Shown piece after piece: positions 1-8,782 of a DNA stretch of 40,190 bases. The stretch is taken from positions 1 through 40,190 of the IMG/VR virus record IMGVR_UViG_2698536576_000006, one strand, 5' to 3'. This DNA comes from a virus. Its lineage: Duplodnaviria; Heunggongvirae; Uroviricota; Caudoviricetes. Every line of letters starts with the position of its first letter. The first letter of the stretch is position 1. The notes beneath the pieces were generated by a model that searched no databases, was not told the DNA's origin, and saw only the letters and a list, made by a program, of their open reading frames with translations. The position numbers and the translations under genes were made by a program.

Positions 1-1236
1 ATGGCGCTGTCTGATGCGTGGTTGCGTTCAGTCGTTGGAAAGGAACGTGATAAGGTTTTGGTTAAATCCGATCGTGATGGTCTGTCTGTCAGAGTATCAC
101 CGAAAGGTCGCGTAGTGTTCCAATATCGTTATCAATGGGCAGGGAAAGGTGAGCGCCTTGATATCGGAACTTATCCGGCAACTGGATTAAAAGAGGCCAG
201 AGAAGAAGTTATCCGTCTCCGTGGTGAACTCGAGTCAAACCGCAATCCACGATTAGTCAAGCAGGCTGAAAAACGAAAAGCTACTGAAGCCATGACGGTA
301 GAGTCTGTGATCCGTGCCTGGTATGAAGCATATTGTGTAAAAAATAAAAAAGGTTCTGAACAGATACTCCGCTCGTTTGAGCTGCACCTGTTCTCTAAAA
401 TCGGCAATATCCCTCACGATGCAGCTACATTGCATGATTGGTTAGAAGTCCTGGAGCCTCTTAGCACCAAGACTCCAGCAATAGCAGACCGATTGCTAAT
501 TAACGCAAAGCAGGCTCATGTCTGGGCGTATAAGAGAAAGCTCATTGAAACTCGCCCACTGTCGGATATCACGGGTAAAGATATGGATATCCGTAAAGGT
601 CAGAAAAAACGGTTTCTGACACATGATGAAATTAACATCCTTTATGCTGCGATCGATGGTTCTCGAATGGTTCCTAAATACCGGGCCTTCATTAAACTAT
701 TGCTGCATTTTGGTTGCCGTAGTTCAGAGCTAATTACTGCTAGGGTGGATGATTTTGATTTTATAAATAAGGTATGGACTGTACCACCAGAACGACATAA
801 GACTGGTGACATAACAGGCGAACCGCTAAAGCGGCCCATTATTGAACCGGTTGAAGAGCTTATAAAATACGTTATCTCTATGAACAACGGTTCCGATATG
901 CTTTTTACTAAGGAAGGAAGCAGGGAGCCAGTTGGTCGGACATCATTGCAGTCGCTGCCTTACAATTTAATGCAGTTCGCATGGCGACGTCTGGGGTATC
1001 AATTTCCTCATTGGTCTCTTCATGATTTGAGACGAACAGCACGAACAAACTTTTCTGATCTTACTGCTCCTCATATTGCTGAAATAATGCTCGGTCATAA
1101 ACTGCCTGGTGTATGGCAAGTTTATGATAAGAGCGATTATCTAGAAGAACAGCGTAAGGCTTACTGGGCATGGTGGGAGAGGGTTGAATCGATCGTTACT
1201 TGTACTGACTTAATCTCCAACGGGCAGTTTGCATAG
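1..1236 (+). CDS. int: Tyrosine site-specific integrase (P4-type phage integrase family)
   Basis: 411-aa ORF beginning at window base 1. N-terminal arm-binding-like region (FQYRYQWAGKGERLDIGTYP) and C-terminal catalytic region with HDLRRTART box and downstream Tyr are typical of P4-like integrases. Family assignment from memory, not searched. Confidence 0.9.
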   Translation: MALSDAWLRSVVGKERDKVLVKSDRDGLSVRVSPKGRVVFQYRYQWAGKGERLDIGTYPATGLKEAREEVIRLRGELESNRNPRLVKQAEKRKATEAMTVESVIRAWYEAYCVKNKKGSEQILRSFELHLFSKIGNIPHDAATLHDWLEVLEPLSTKTPAIADRLLINAKQAHVWAYKRKLIETRPLSDITGKDMDIRKGQKKRFLTHDEINILYAAIDGSRMVPKYRAFIKLLLHFGCRSSELITARVDDFDFINKVWTVPPERHKTGDITGEPLKRPIIEPVEELIKYVISMNNGSDMLFTKEGSREPVGRTSLQSLPYNLMQFAWRRLGYQFPHWSLHDLRRTARTNFSDLTAPHIAEIMLGHKLPGVWQVYDKSDYLEEQRKAYWAWWERVESIVTCTDLISNGQFA

Positions 1237-1409
1237 CCAGAGCGTAATCATATCTGCCAGTCCGCTGCGGATACCTTGTGTACTGGGTGTTTAGCCAGAC
1301 TACGTTAACCTGTAGCTTCAGTATTTATCTTTCAGCCTTTTGGGGTGTCGGCAGGAGTTTGATGGTTTATTGGGCTACTGTGGGACTAAGGATGTAGGGA
1401 TGCCAATCA

Positions 1410-2543
1410 ATGAATTATGAAAAATATCATAGCACAAACAGAAGCAAGGGTTTGCGAACCTTCTGCTACTTAATTTATTATGTGCAGGTGATTTTTAATG
1501 TGATGAAGTGTTTTATGACTCGCGGAAACTTTGATTTTATAAACTCTAACGTGGTTTTCTCAGAAGCCGATAAGTCATTGTGGATTGATCTCATTAACAC
1601 CGATTGTATTTGGTATGATATGATAATTAATCCTCCTGATGATATAAAAACAAATAAGATAATAAAGAACTATCTCAGAATCATGGAAAAATATACGAGG
1701 GAAAACTGTGAAAAGAGATTTATTTATTTCTTAGGTTCAAGAAAAAAAGTGAGGTTTTCAACCAAGAAACAGCCTAGGTATAACCCATTCACAAAAAATA
1801 TAGTTTTCACTCTGTTAATTGGCAAAGAGGAGCGAAAGCTTCGGATAAAATATCCTTTTTGCACGTTTACGCAGAATGGGGTAGTGAAGATAACTCCAAA
1901 TGTTAGAGTAACTGAGAAATTTCTCTACATTGAAGATGAAAATGGCAATTTATGTGTGATGTCAGTTCATGACTTCGTAAACGGACATTATATTGATTTA
2001 GGCATTCATACAGAAGTGCATTACGTAGGATATACACGTCATCCGCATCGGCGCCCTGTTGATTTTATTCACCGTGGCTTATCAAAGATGCTGTATAGCG
2101 TTTCAAATGACGATAATGATTTTTTTGTTTGTTTTAGTATATTTAATCCAAGAATTATATCTCTGAATAATAAATGCAATGTGGTCTTTAATATTTCAAA
2201 TTCTCTACTGGATGAAATTGATGTTGATAATGAGGGGCGAATTATTGAAAACTGCTTAATACGTTACTTTGATCCTAAGCTTCAAGATGATGACAAGGAA
2301 AGTAAAAGGTCAGATTTAAATAAAATGTTTATGGACTTGGTGGAAAATAAAAAAATTAAAAAAATATACGTTAATTTTCAATATAAAAGGAATAATGAGT
2401 ATTTCTGCTTTTACTCTAAAGTTGTTCCGCCGAAATTTCATCATTTCTTTGTGCTGGATTTTTCTGATGACAAGATAAATATTGATAGAGACCAGGATAT
2501 GATGACTCAGATGGCATTGTGCATGGGGTATTATAATTATTAA
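1410..2543 (+). CDS. Hypothetical AT-rich cargo protein, no recognisable domain
   Basis: 377-aa uninterrupted ORF in a visibly AT-rich block (Asn/Lys/Ile/Phe/Tyr-rich product) between int and the leftward early operon. Start uncertain: ATG 1410 or internal ATG near 1503. Confidence 0.45.
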   Translation: MNYEKYHSTNRSKGLRTFCYLIYYVQVIFNVMKCFMTRGNFDFINSNVVFSEADKSLWIDLINTDCIWYDMIINPPDDIKTNKIIKNYLRIMEKYTRENCEKRFIYFLGSRKKVRFSTKKQPRYNPFTKNIVFTLLIGKEERKLRIKYPFCTFTQNGVVKITPNVRVTEKFLYIEDENGNLCVMSVHDFVNGHYIDLGIHTEVHYVGYTRHPHRRPVDFIHRGLSKMLYSVSNDDNDFFVCFSIFNPRIISLNNKCNVVFNISNSLLDEIDVDNEGRIIENCLIRYFDPKLQDDDKESKRSDLNKMFMDLVENKKIKKIYVNFQYKRNNEYFCFYSKVVPPKFHHFFVLDFSDDKINIDRDQDMMTQMALCMGYYNY

Positions 2544-2764
2544 TATTTCGCCTGATACCAACTCAAAATCTGTTTTGTCGCATCCATTGTGGATTAATAT
2601 TCAGAGGTAAGGGGTATCAGCAGAATTTATATTTTGCAGGATGATCATACAATACATGATATATTGTCTCTAGCAACATCTGTTTCTGGCACAGAGCATA
2701 TAGTCAGATTACGTTTGGTTCTGTGCCATCGATGGATACTATCTCACCTCTTGGCTAACCCCCA

Positions 2765-2959
2765 TTACTCAATAACTCCAGCAAATCTGTATATCTTGCG
2801 TGATGCCCATTTATTTGGGCAGGATTTAATATCAGGATCTGGAAAATCTGGCCTGTATTTCTGGCCTGTCCTCCTATTTACGCTGTTCCAGCGAAGCACC
2901 GTCGATATTGAAACGCCACAGAATTCGGCGACTTGTTTTGTTGTCATTAAGTTGTTCAT
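2765..2959 (-). CDS. AlpA/Xis-like small helix-turn-helix DNA-binding protein (putative excisionase or regulator)
   Basis: 64-aa ORF with GGAGGGG RBS 5 nt upstream of ATG. Motif TTKQVAEFCGVSISTVLRW resembles the AlpA/Vis/excisionase HTH family. Last gene of the leftward operon. Confidence 0.6.
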   Translation of the reverse strand: MNNLMTTKQVAEFCGVSISTVLRWNSVNRRTGQKYRPDFPDPDIKSCPNKWASRKIYRFAGVIE

Positions 2960-2993
2960 TACTGCCCCTCCAGCGGTTGTTCAGTTGAAAGAC

Positions 2994-3530
2994 TCATGCG
3001 CATGTGCGTAACTCCGATAACTCGTTAAAGCGTTCCATAAACAGCCCGTAGGCATGGCCAGGAGCCAGAGGAATAACTTTGAACATCTCTGTTGCTTGGA
3101 TACCTTCCAATACTGGCCAGAAAGAGCCATCATCTAGCCCGAGATCGCGGCGTTCGGTTGCCAGCATGATGAGATCGGCATATTTCACAGGCGTGCTCAT
3201 AACCGGGGGTAACCCGTATTTCTCACGGATTACGGCGTCTATTTTTTCTTCCATCCGTTTATAGTCAGGAAGAAGGCGTTTCAGTGGCGCGGGGATGTCC
3301 TGACAATACGCTTCTGTTGCATCATGTATTAACGCTTCAAAAGCAAATTCCTGCGGTACCAGTTGGCTGCAAAGCACCGCATGTTGGGCAACGCTGTAGA
3401 AATGTGAAAGATGTCCTGCAAAGCGACAGATATTTGAAAGAGAAACCGCGATATCGTTAATAACGATGTCGTCTTTATTTATCCTGTCATAATAAAAATG
3501 CTTCCCGGAAAAAGTTTTAATAAATGACAT
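2994..3530 (-). CDS. HD-domain phosphohydrolase (YfdR-like prophage protein)
   Basis: Contains H...HD...D metal-binding signature (FAGHLSHFYSVAQHAV ... ALIHDATEAY). Start moved from ORF-track 3557 to internal ATG 3530 (MSFIKTF) because GGAG lies 6 nt upstream; gives 178 aa. Confidence 0.65.
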   Translation of the reverse strand: MSFIKTFSGKHFYYDRINKDDIVINDIAVSLSNICRFAGHLSHFYSVAQHAVLCSQLVPQEFAFEALIHDATEAYCQDIPAPLKRLLPDYKRMEEKIDAVIREKYGLPPVMSTPVKYADLIMLATERRDLGLDDGSFWPVLEGIQATEMFKVIPLAPGHAYGLFMERFNELSELRTCA

Positions 3531-3657
3531 TTTGTTCTCCACGTATATGCGCTGCACCGCGTTGAATTCTGGTAAAAGGAAGCCCTCACCATCCGGCGAT
3601 TATTGAGTCAATTACGTTTCCATAAATGCCCCCGCAGGGGCATTTGCAGTAATGAAA

Positions 3658-4482
3658 TCAGGCGGTGAAAGTACCAATAAAGGTTTCTACTTTGCTGTCC
3701 TTGAATTTCTCAACAAGCAGATCACGAAATTCGTTAGCCATTTCTTCCTGCACTGCTTCCAGCTGAATAATGCGCAGAACCAGTACAGGACGATCGCCAG
3801 TGATAATGCTGAGGCGTAATTTAAACGGACGTTCTTTCAGGCCTTCAAACGGAACGCATTTAAATTCAAATGCCACAGGCATAATATCTTTGGTCTTCGC
3901 TTCGACAGACTCCATCAGGGAGCGTTTGCCGCTGAAGTCATTGTCTTCAAAATCAGCGGTCTGGTTTGCTTCAATCGTGATTTTACGGACTGCCGCAGCC
4001 GCTTTTGTTGCCTGAATAGCATCACCATTAGCATCAAAGCCCACAAGGTAGTCGGCCCAGTCTTCGAGCCATTCTGCCAGTGACTTCTGGGAGTTACGCT
4101 CACCGTTAACAGACAACAGGGCAGAGAACGGTGCTGTCTTTTTCAGTTTGAGAGTGGCGGTGTTATCTGCGTGACCTGGTTCATCAATAGTACCCAGGTT
4201 AAGTACACTGACGGCACGCATATTATCAGCATCGATAAAGCAGCGGGTGCCTTCATCTGCAAGATCTTTAGAATAACGGGTAAAGTCATCGATGCTGGCA
4301 GTGGAAAGCGCACCACGGAAACGGAAGCGATTTAAATTAAATTTTTCCAGATCATGAATGCGGAAATTCTCAGGCAATGCCACAGCATCGGCACCAATCT
4401 TACTGATAATTTCATTAACACCCTGAGCAGAAATAAGGGTATGGATTTGATTAATTGCGGTTGCGTCTAAGTTCTGAGACAT
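3658..4482 (-). CDS. Conserved phage early protein (YfdQ-like, DUF2303-type), function unknown
   Basis: 274-aa ORF with GAGGA RBS 8 nt upstream. Length and position beside an HD hydrolase match the yfdQ-yfdR pair of E. coli KplE1/CPS-53-like prophages; identity recalled, not verified. Confidence 0.5.
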   Translation of the reverse strand: MSQNLDATAINQIHTLISAQGVNEIISKIGADAVALPENFRIHDLEKFNLNRFRFRGALSTASIDDFTRYSKDLADEGTRCFIDADNMRAVSVLNLGTIDEPGHADNTATLKLKKTAPFSALLSVNGERNSQKSLAEWLEDWADYLVGFDANGDAIQATKAAAAVRKITIEANQTADFEDNDFSGKRSLMESVEAKTKDIMPVAFEFKCVPFEGLKERPFKLRLSIITGDRPVLVLRIIQLEAVQEEMANEFRDLLVEKFKDSKVETFIGTFTA

Positions 4483-4547
4483 AATAAGTCCTCACTATAT
4501 AAAGATATTCAGTGATGAGATAAATAATCAGTTAATTAAGAACGATA

Positions 4548-4910
4548 TTAATGACCTGCTGCGCGTAATTTTCCGTCAGGCTCACCGGCAAGAGTCAGTA
4601 ATTGTCCCTGGTCTTCCTGCAGAATAGTCAGGCGACCACCGCGATTGACATACATCGGCGTTTCGGTGGTGTCTTCTTCGGAAATTTTCCCGCGGTTAGT
4701 CGGGCGAACATATGAGAGTTTGTGTTTGATTTTCACACGGTTCTCATCAAATGGTTCGATTTCCAGGTTGAGTGAGACCTTACCTTTGGTTTTCGTGTTC
4801 ATCACACCGGAAGCGACTTCACTGAGAACTGCGCCGATTTTGGTTTCAAATACGCCGCCGTCCAGCTCCCCGATAAATGCCTGCACATCAGTACCGCGTT
4901 CGCTAGCCAT
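4548..4910 (-). CDS. Hypothetical early-left protein (121 aa)
   Basis: ORF track gives 4548..5141, but AGGAGC lies 7 nt upstream of internal ATG at 4910 (MASERGTDVQ). The upstream extension runs into a GC-rich structured region and is unlikely to be coding. Confidence 0.55.
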   Translation of the reverse strand: MASERGTDVQAFIGELDGGVFETKIGAVLSEVASGVMNTKTKGKVSLNLEIEPFDENRVKIKHKLSYVRPTNRGKISEEDTTETPMYVNRGGRLTILQEDQGQLLTLAGEPDGKLRAAGH

Positions 4911-4954
4911 TTTGCTGCTCCTCATCATATCGACCCTGCAAGGTCGGTTGGTTT

Positions 4955-5215
4955 CTCCACAAAACAGAGAAGAACACCTGCGGTGGCAGCCGCCCGGATG
5001 GATTGGGTTATGAGCCCGTCGTCCGGTGATGCTCTTCTCTGTTTTGTAAAAAGGACGGTACCAGCCGGAAGCAAGTGTACAAACTGATACCGCCAACGCA
5101 GTGGCAGTTGTGGCGGGGTTGTCACTCAGGCGTATGGTCAACCTGACAACCCGGTGTCCTCAACGGGGAAAGAGTAACCCCGCCATACTTACCGCCGCGC
5201 CATTTCGCGGATTAC
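4955..5215. other. GC-rich highly structured noncoding segment (candidate regulatory RNA or leader structure)
   Basis: Perfect 15-bp long-range inverted repeat (4959-4973 acaaaacagagaaga with 5033-5047 tcttctctgttttgt), a 9-bp pair (5112-5120 ggcggggtt with 5176-5184 aaccccgcc), and nested shorter stems. No convincing ORF. Confidence 0.3.
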
Positions 5216-5754
5216 CACAATGCTGAGAGCACTTAGCCAGTTACGGCACCACACTTTGTCGCGATTCCATAAATGCCCTCATCGTTGCACCCTGGTATCT
5301 TCCCAGGCGTCAAACCGAACCGCCACGCTGGTTAGGCGTCTTATCAGCATTATCATTGACTTGCACATTCCGGCTACTTGGTTTGTTTGCCCGAGCAAGG
5401 AGTGGATTGTCCCCTTTAACGTCTCCAGACCGCTAACGACGCATGTGCCATACGCCGTGTTACAATAAAGTGTTCGGTATTAGTTACCAAAGAGACGATT
5501 ACTCTTATGGTTGAATGTAATACTCCTGTTGAATATTTTCTTGCTTACTATTTGTTTTTTCTATATAGCGAATTGGTTGTTTTGTTTACATAATAAGAGA
5601 TTTTCTTAAATAAGTTTACATTGTTTTGTCTTGCTATTTTTTAAAATTAAAGAACAATGAATTGTCGCTATCAGTAATTATTCTTTATGAAGTGTTATAA
5701 ATAACCCCCTGCTTTTGAGTTTTGTACGCAGTGTTTTTAGTTGTCGAGGACATT

Positions 5755-5964
5755 ATGGATAATCAAAATACTCCTGTTTTTGATGTATGTGGTTGGTACT
5801 GTGTACCAGTTAAAGATCATAATTCAGTTATAGTTCAACTGTCCTGCAAACAACCACCATTTGAATCTGATAAAATTATCGAAAGTCCAATATATTCTTT
5901 TCCCATAAAAGAAATACCAAATCTCATAAATACATTACAAAACATTTATGAAGAAAATAATTGA
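5755..5964 (+). CDS. Small hypothetical protein (69 aa), AT-rich
   Basis: ATG at 5755 preceded by GAGGA (4-nt spacing) and followed by a hairpin plus T-run at about 5986-6010. Convergent with cI; could be non-coding. Confidence 0.3.
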   Translation: MDNQNTPVFDVCGWYCVPVKDHNSVIVQLSCKQPPFESDKIIESPIYSFPIKEIPNLINTLQNIYEENN

Positions 5965-6074
5965 TTATAAATCCAGTTCAAAAGTGAAGCGTCCACTTGG
6001 GCGCTTTTTCATTTACGAATCATTCCGGTCTTCGTATGCCCCGGACGGCTACTTCGTGGGCGTCCTGCCTGTTC

Positions 6075-6121
6075 GATATCTTATGTAGGTACATTATGTA
6101 TCTCTAAGGTACATTGTCAAG
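6075..6121. promoter_or_regulatory. Left operator-like cluster (OL/pL candidate) with GGTACA half-site repeats
   Basis: GGTACATTATGTA (6088-6100) and GGTACATTGTCA (6108-6119) share the half-site found in the palindromic operator on the other side of cI. Confidence 0.45.
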
Positions 6122-6123
6122 TA

Positions 6124-6147
6124 TAAAAAAACCTGCCGAAGCAGGTT
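6124..6147 (-). terminator. Rho-independent terminator downstream of the repressor gene
   Basis: On the minus strand reads aacctgc-ttcg-gcaggtt followed by a T-run (A-run 6125-6131 on plus), 13 nt past the cI stop. Confidence 0.65.
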
Positions 6148-6159
6148 CATAGACATTGA

Positions 6160-6834
6160 TCAGGCTTTAATTTTGTATCTTCTTGGTTTTCCTGAGAAAA
6201 TAACTGTACCAATGATAGAGCAATTACCGTTTATCTTAATGTAAGGCTCAGGCCAGTTGGGGTTTAATGCTTTGAGATAACGCTGTGTCCCGTCTTCTAT
6301 CAACCTTTTGAAGGTGGTTTCACCTGTATCGTGCATCAATGCTATAACGTCATCGCCGTGGCAGGCTGGTACTTCTGGATCGACAAAAATCATGTCTCCC
6401 GGACGGTACTCATCAATCATTGAATCACCAATCACCCTCAATATATAAGTCATTTCGCCACAGGGTACAGGGCAGGGATACGTTTCTGTTGTGCTCAAAT
6501 CAACCTCAGAATAGCCAACTTCTTTCCATGCTCCGGCCTGTACCCATGATATGACAGGGACTAACGTTATTTGTTTATTAGTGATTGAAACATCAGGTTT
6601 TTTTGTGATGTTCGTTGTCTGGTGTTCTTGATCAAGCCATCCGACAGGCAGGTCGAAACATTTTTCGATGTGCCGTGCCATGCTGTCACCGATATTTTTA
6701 GTAGCGCCATCCCCCATAAACCTGCTGGTCTGGGTAGGCTCGCGATCAATCATGGTGGCAAAGGATGAATTTCCGCCAACACCATCTCTCAGTTTTCTGG
6801 CGTTAGACCGCCGGATGTCATGGATTGTTTTCAT
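6160..6834 (-). CDS. cI: CI-like prophage repressor (N-terminal HTH, C-terminal LexA-type S24 autopeptidase domain)
   Basis: 224 aa. C-terminal region carries the S24 motif (VIGDSM) typical of LexA/CI autocleaving repressors; divergent to a Cro-like gene with operators between. Confidence 0.85.
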   Translation of the reverse strand: MKTIHDIRRSNARKLRDGVGGNSSFATMIDREPTQTSRFMGDGATKNIGDSMARHIEKCFDLPVGWLDQEHQTTNITKKPDVSITNKQITLVPVISWVQAGAWKEVGYSEVDLSTTETYPCPVPCGEMTYILRVIGDSMIDEYRPGDMIFVDPEVPACHGDDVIALMHDTGETTFKRLIEDGTQRYLKALNPNWPEPYIKINGNCSIIGTVIFSGKPRRYKIKA

Positions 6835-6850
6835 AACGAAATTAAAACCT

Positions 6851-6924
6851 TTGTACCGATAAGGTACAAGTATCTTGAAGGTTCATTTTAATCATGTAAT
6901 ATGTATACTGGAGGTACATGTTGT
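6851..6924. promoter_or_regulatory. Right operator/promoter region (OR with pR and pRM candidates)
   Basis: Perfect palindrome TTGTACC-gataa-GGTACAA at 6851-6869 and a second GGTACAT site at 6912-6918. Candidate pR -35 TTGAAG and -10 TAATAT (16-nt spacer) just upstream of the cro-like ATG. Confidence 0.55.
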
Positions 6925-7125
6925 ATGAAAGCGTATTGGGACTCTTTAACCAAAGAACAGCAGGGCGAGTTGGCCGGAAAAGTTGGCTCAACACCAGGCT
7001 ACTTACGGATGGTTTTCAATGGTTATAAAAAAGCCAGTTTTATGCTGGCTAAAAAACTTGAGCAATGCACGTCAGGTGCAATTACGAAATCTGACTTAAG
7101 ACCGGATATCTATCCGAAAGATTAA
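6925..7125 (+). CDS. Cro-like / YdaS-family small HTH regulator
   Basis: 66-aa ORF from ATG 6925 (MKAYWDS) with GGAGG upstream. C-terminal LRPDIYP motif and size match the Cro/YdaS family; divergent from cI. Confidence 0.7.
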   Translation: MKAYWDSLTKEQQGELAGKVGSTPGYLRMVFNGYKKASFMLAKKLEQCTSGAITKSDLRPDIYPKD

Positions 7126-7156
7126 CAGAACACCTTCAATTTTTAACCACAGAACG

Positions 7157-7720
7157 ATGAGGCTAACCGTGGGTAAGCATCACTGGAAAGTAGAAAAACA
7201 GCCTGAGTGGTACGTGAAAGCTGTCAGAAAAACTATCGCGGCGTTGCCGGGGGGTTACGCTGAAGCTGCTGAGTGGCTGGATGTAACAGAGAACGCTTTA
7301 TTCAACCGCCTTCGTGCAGATGGCGATCAGATTTTCCCGCTGGGATGGGCAATGATTTTACAGCGCGCGGCTGGCACTCACTACATTGCGGATGCTGTCG
7401 CACAGTCTGCTGGTGGGGTGTTTGTATCGCTTCCTGAAATTGAGGAAGTAGAGAACGCCGATATAAACCAGCGCCTGCTGGAAGTCATCGAACAGATCGG
7501 GAGTTACTCAAAGCAGATTCGTTCGGCAATCGAAGATGGGGTAGTGGAGCCACACGAGCAGACAGCAATTAATGATGAGTTGTATCTGTCGATTTCGAAG
7601 CTCCAGGAGCATGCGGCACTGGTCTACAAAATTTTCTGCGCTCCAGAAAAGAGTGACGCCCGCGAGTGTGCAGCTCCGGGCGTCGTGGCGTTTTGTGTCT
7701 GTGGAGAAACTAACGCATGA
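7157..7720 (+). CDS. Early regulatory protein, possibly YdaT-family (CII-position gene)
   Basis: Second gene of the rightward early operon, directly after the Cro-like gene. Stop overlaps the next start (ATGA). Family assignment tentative; start may be GTG 7169. Confidence 0.4.
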   Translation: MRLTVGKHHWKVEKQPEWYVKAVRKTIAALPGGYAEAAEWLDVTENALFNRLRADGDQIFPLGWAMILQRAAGTHYIADAVAQSAGGVFVSLPEIEEVENADINQRLLEVIEQIGSYSKQIRSAIEDGVVEPHEQTAINDELYLSISKLQEHAALVYKIFCAPEKSDARECAAPGVVAFCVCGETNA

Positions 7721-8553
7721 ACAGTTTAACGGCAAATAACCGTTTGTCGCAACAGCTGGTGGTCAGCGTCGCTGAACACCTGTTGTTACGGCATGAATGC
7801 AGATTACCAAATCACCTGGCTGTAAGTAACCACAGAGAACTTTACCTGACTGTGGGGGGCGAGTTGTGCAGGAACTTAACCGCTGGTTTCGTGACGGAAG
7901 AGGGCTTTATGTCCATGTTATTCGTTGGGAGCCAGAAACACAGCGCGTTATCTATCTTCGCAAAGACTACCCGCATGAGTGCTTTAGTCCTTTGTGGAAA
8001 TTCAGGCGTGATTTTGTTGAGTGTGAAGGACCACCAGCACATTGATTCTGCCATTCCGGGACGTTACACTGTTCAGGCACCTTATAAAGCGGGTGTCGGG
8101 ATTGGCGTCCTGGAATTGCATACGGCGACAATTGGCGCGTTAGCGTCTTTTTTGTTGCTACAACTCAGCTATACCCAAATTATGGTGGGCTGGGTGGGGG
8201 CACCGAAAGGTGCGCCGGTTTCCGTATGCGCCGGTTACGCCAACCCTGCTCAGTTCACCACCAGCGAAATTGGCGTTTCCGGTGGTGGAAGTTATCCATT
8301 GCATACGGAGGCTGCCATCATGGCTACTGTCCCAGCCCTCTCTCGTCTGAATGATGAAGACTTACATAAACTCAGTTATGTAACAACTGCACTACGTGCT
8401 CTGCGCAAGGTAACTCTTTCGGATCCGCAGGCGCATCAAGTTCTGGTAGAAACCCTTCTTAACTTGCAGGCTGAACGTATTCGTCTGGCGGATAAGGCTA
8501 ATTTTCATATTCACTGTCTCCTGAATATCAGCGGAGGGCATCGTCATGCTTAA
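7717..8553 (+). CDS. Hypothetical early protein (278 aa)
   Basis: Translationally coupled on both sides (ATGA overlap at 7717, ATGCTTAA overlap at 8546-8553). No recognisable motif; no Walker A. Confidence 0.45.
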   Translation: MNSLTANNRLSQQLVVSVAEHLLLRHECRLPNHLAVSNHRELYLTVGGELCRNLTAGFVTEEGFMSMLFVGSQKHSALSIFAKTTRMSALVLCGNSGVILLSVKDHQHIDSAIPGRYTVQAPYKAGVGIGVLELHTATIGALASFLLLQLSYTQIMVGWVGAPKGAPVSVCAGYANPAQFTTSEIGVSGGGSYPLHTEAAIMATVPALSRLNDEDLHKLSYVTTALRALRKVTLSDPQAHQVLVETLLNLQAERIRLADKANFHIHCLLNISGGHRHA

Positions 8554-8782
8554 TCCGTTGATCCTCAATATTTGCCGTTTGCTTCAGCGTAAAAAAACAT
8601 CAATTCCTACAGTTGGGCAGTGGTACACCACACCTGCAGGGCATGTTCTACGTGTTAGCCTGGTTGACCGTGAATGTCAGAAGGTGATTTGTGAACCGCT
8701 GGGCCGTAATTACCGCATCAGTATGCCGCTTATAGCCTTTTGCTCCGGAAAAAACATGAAGCATCTCGGAGGTGCAGCATGA
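8546..8782 (+). CDS. Small hypothetical protein (78 aa)
   Basis: ATG overlapping the upstream stop and ending in an ATGA overlap with the next gene; supported by coupling only. Confidence 0.35.
   Translation: MLNPLILNICRLLQRKKTSIPTVGQWYTTPAGHVLRVSLVDRECQKVICEPLGRNYRISMPLIAFCSGKNMKHLGGAA

Noticed and set aside
2634-3011. 125-aa plus-strand ORF
   Set aside because: Overlaps the AlpA-like gene on the opposite strand, which has a strong RBS and recognisable HTH motif; this frame has neither.
4911-5141. N-terminal 77-codon extension of the 4548..5141 ORF
   Set aside because: AGGAGC RBS precedes the internal ATG at 4910, and the extension runs through the GC-rich inverted-repeat region; treated as non-coding.
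5220-5468. 82-aa plus-strand ORF
   Set aside because: No RBS, Arg/His/Ser-rich product, inside the structured GC-rich leader.
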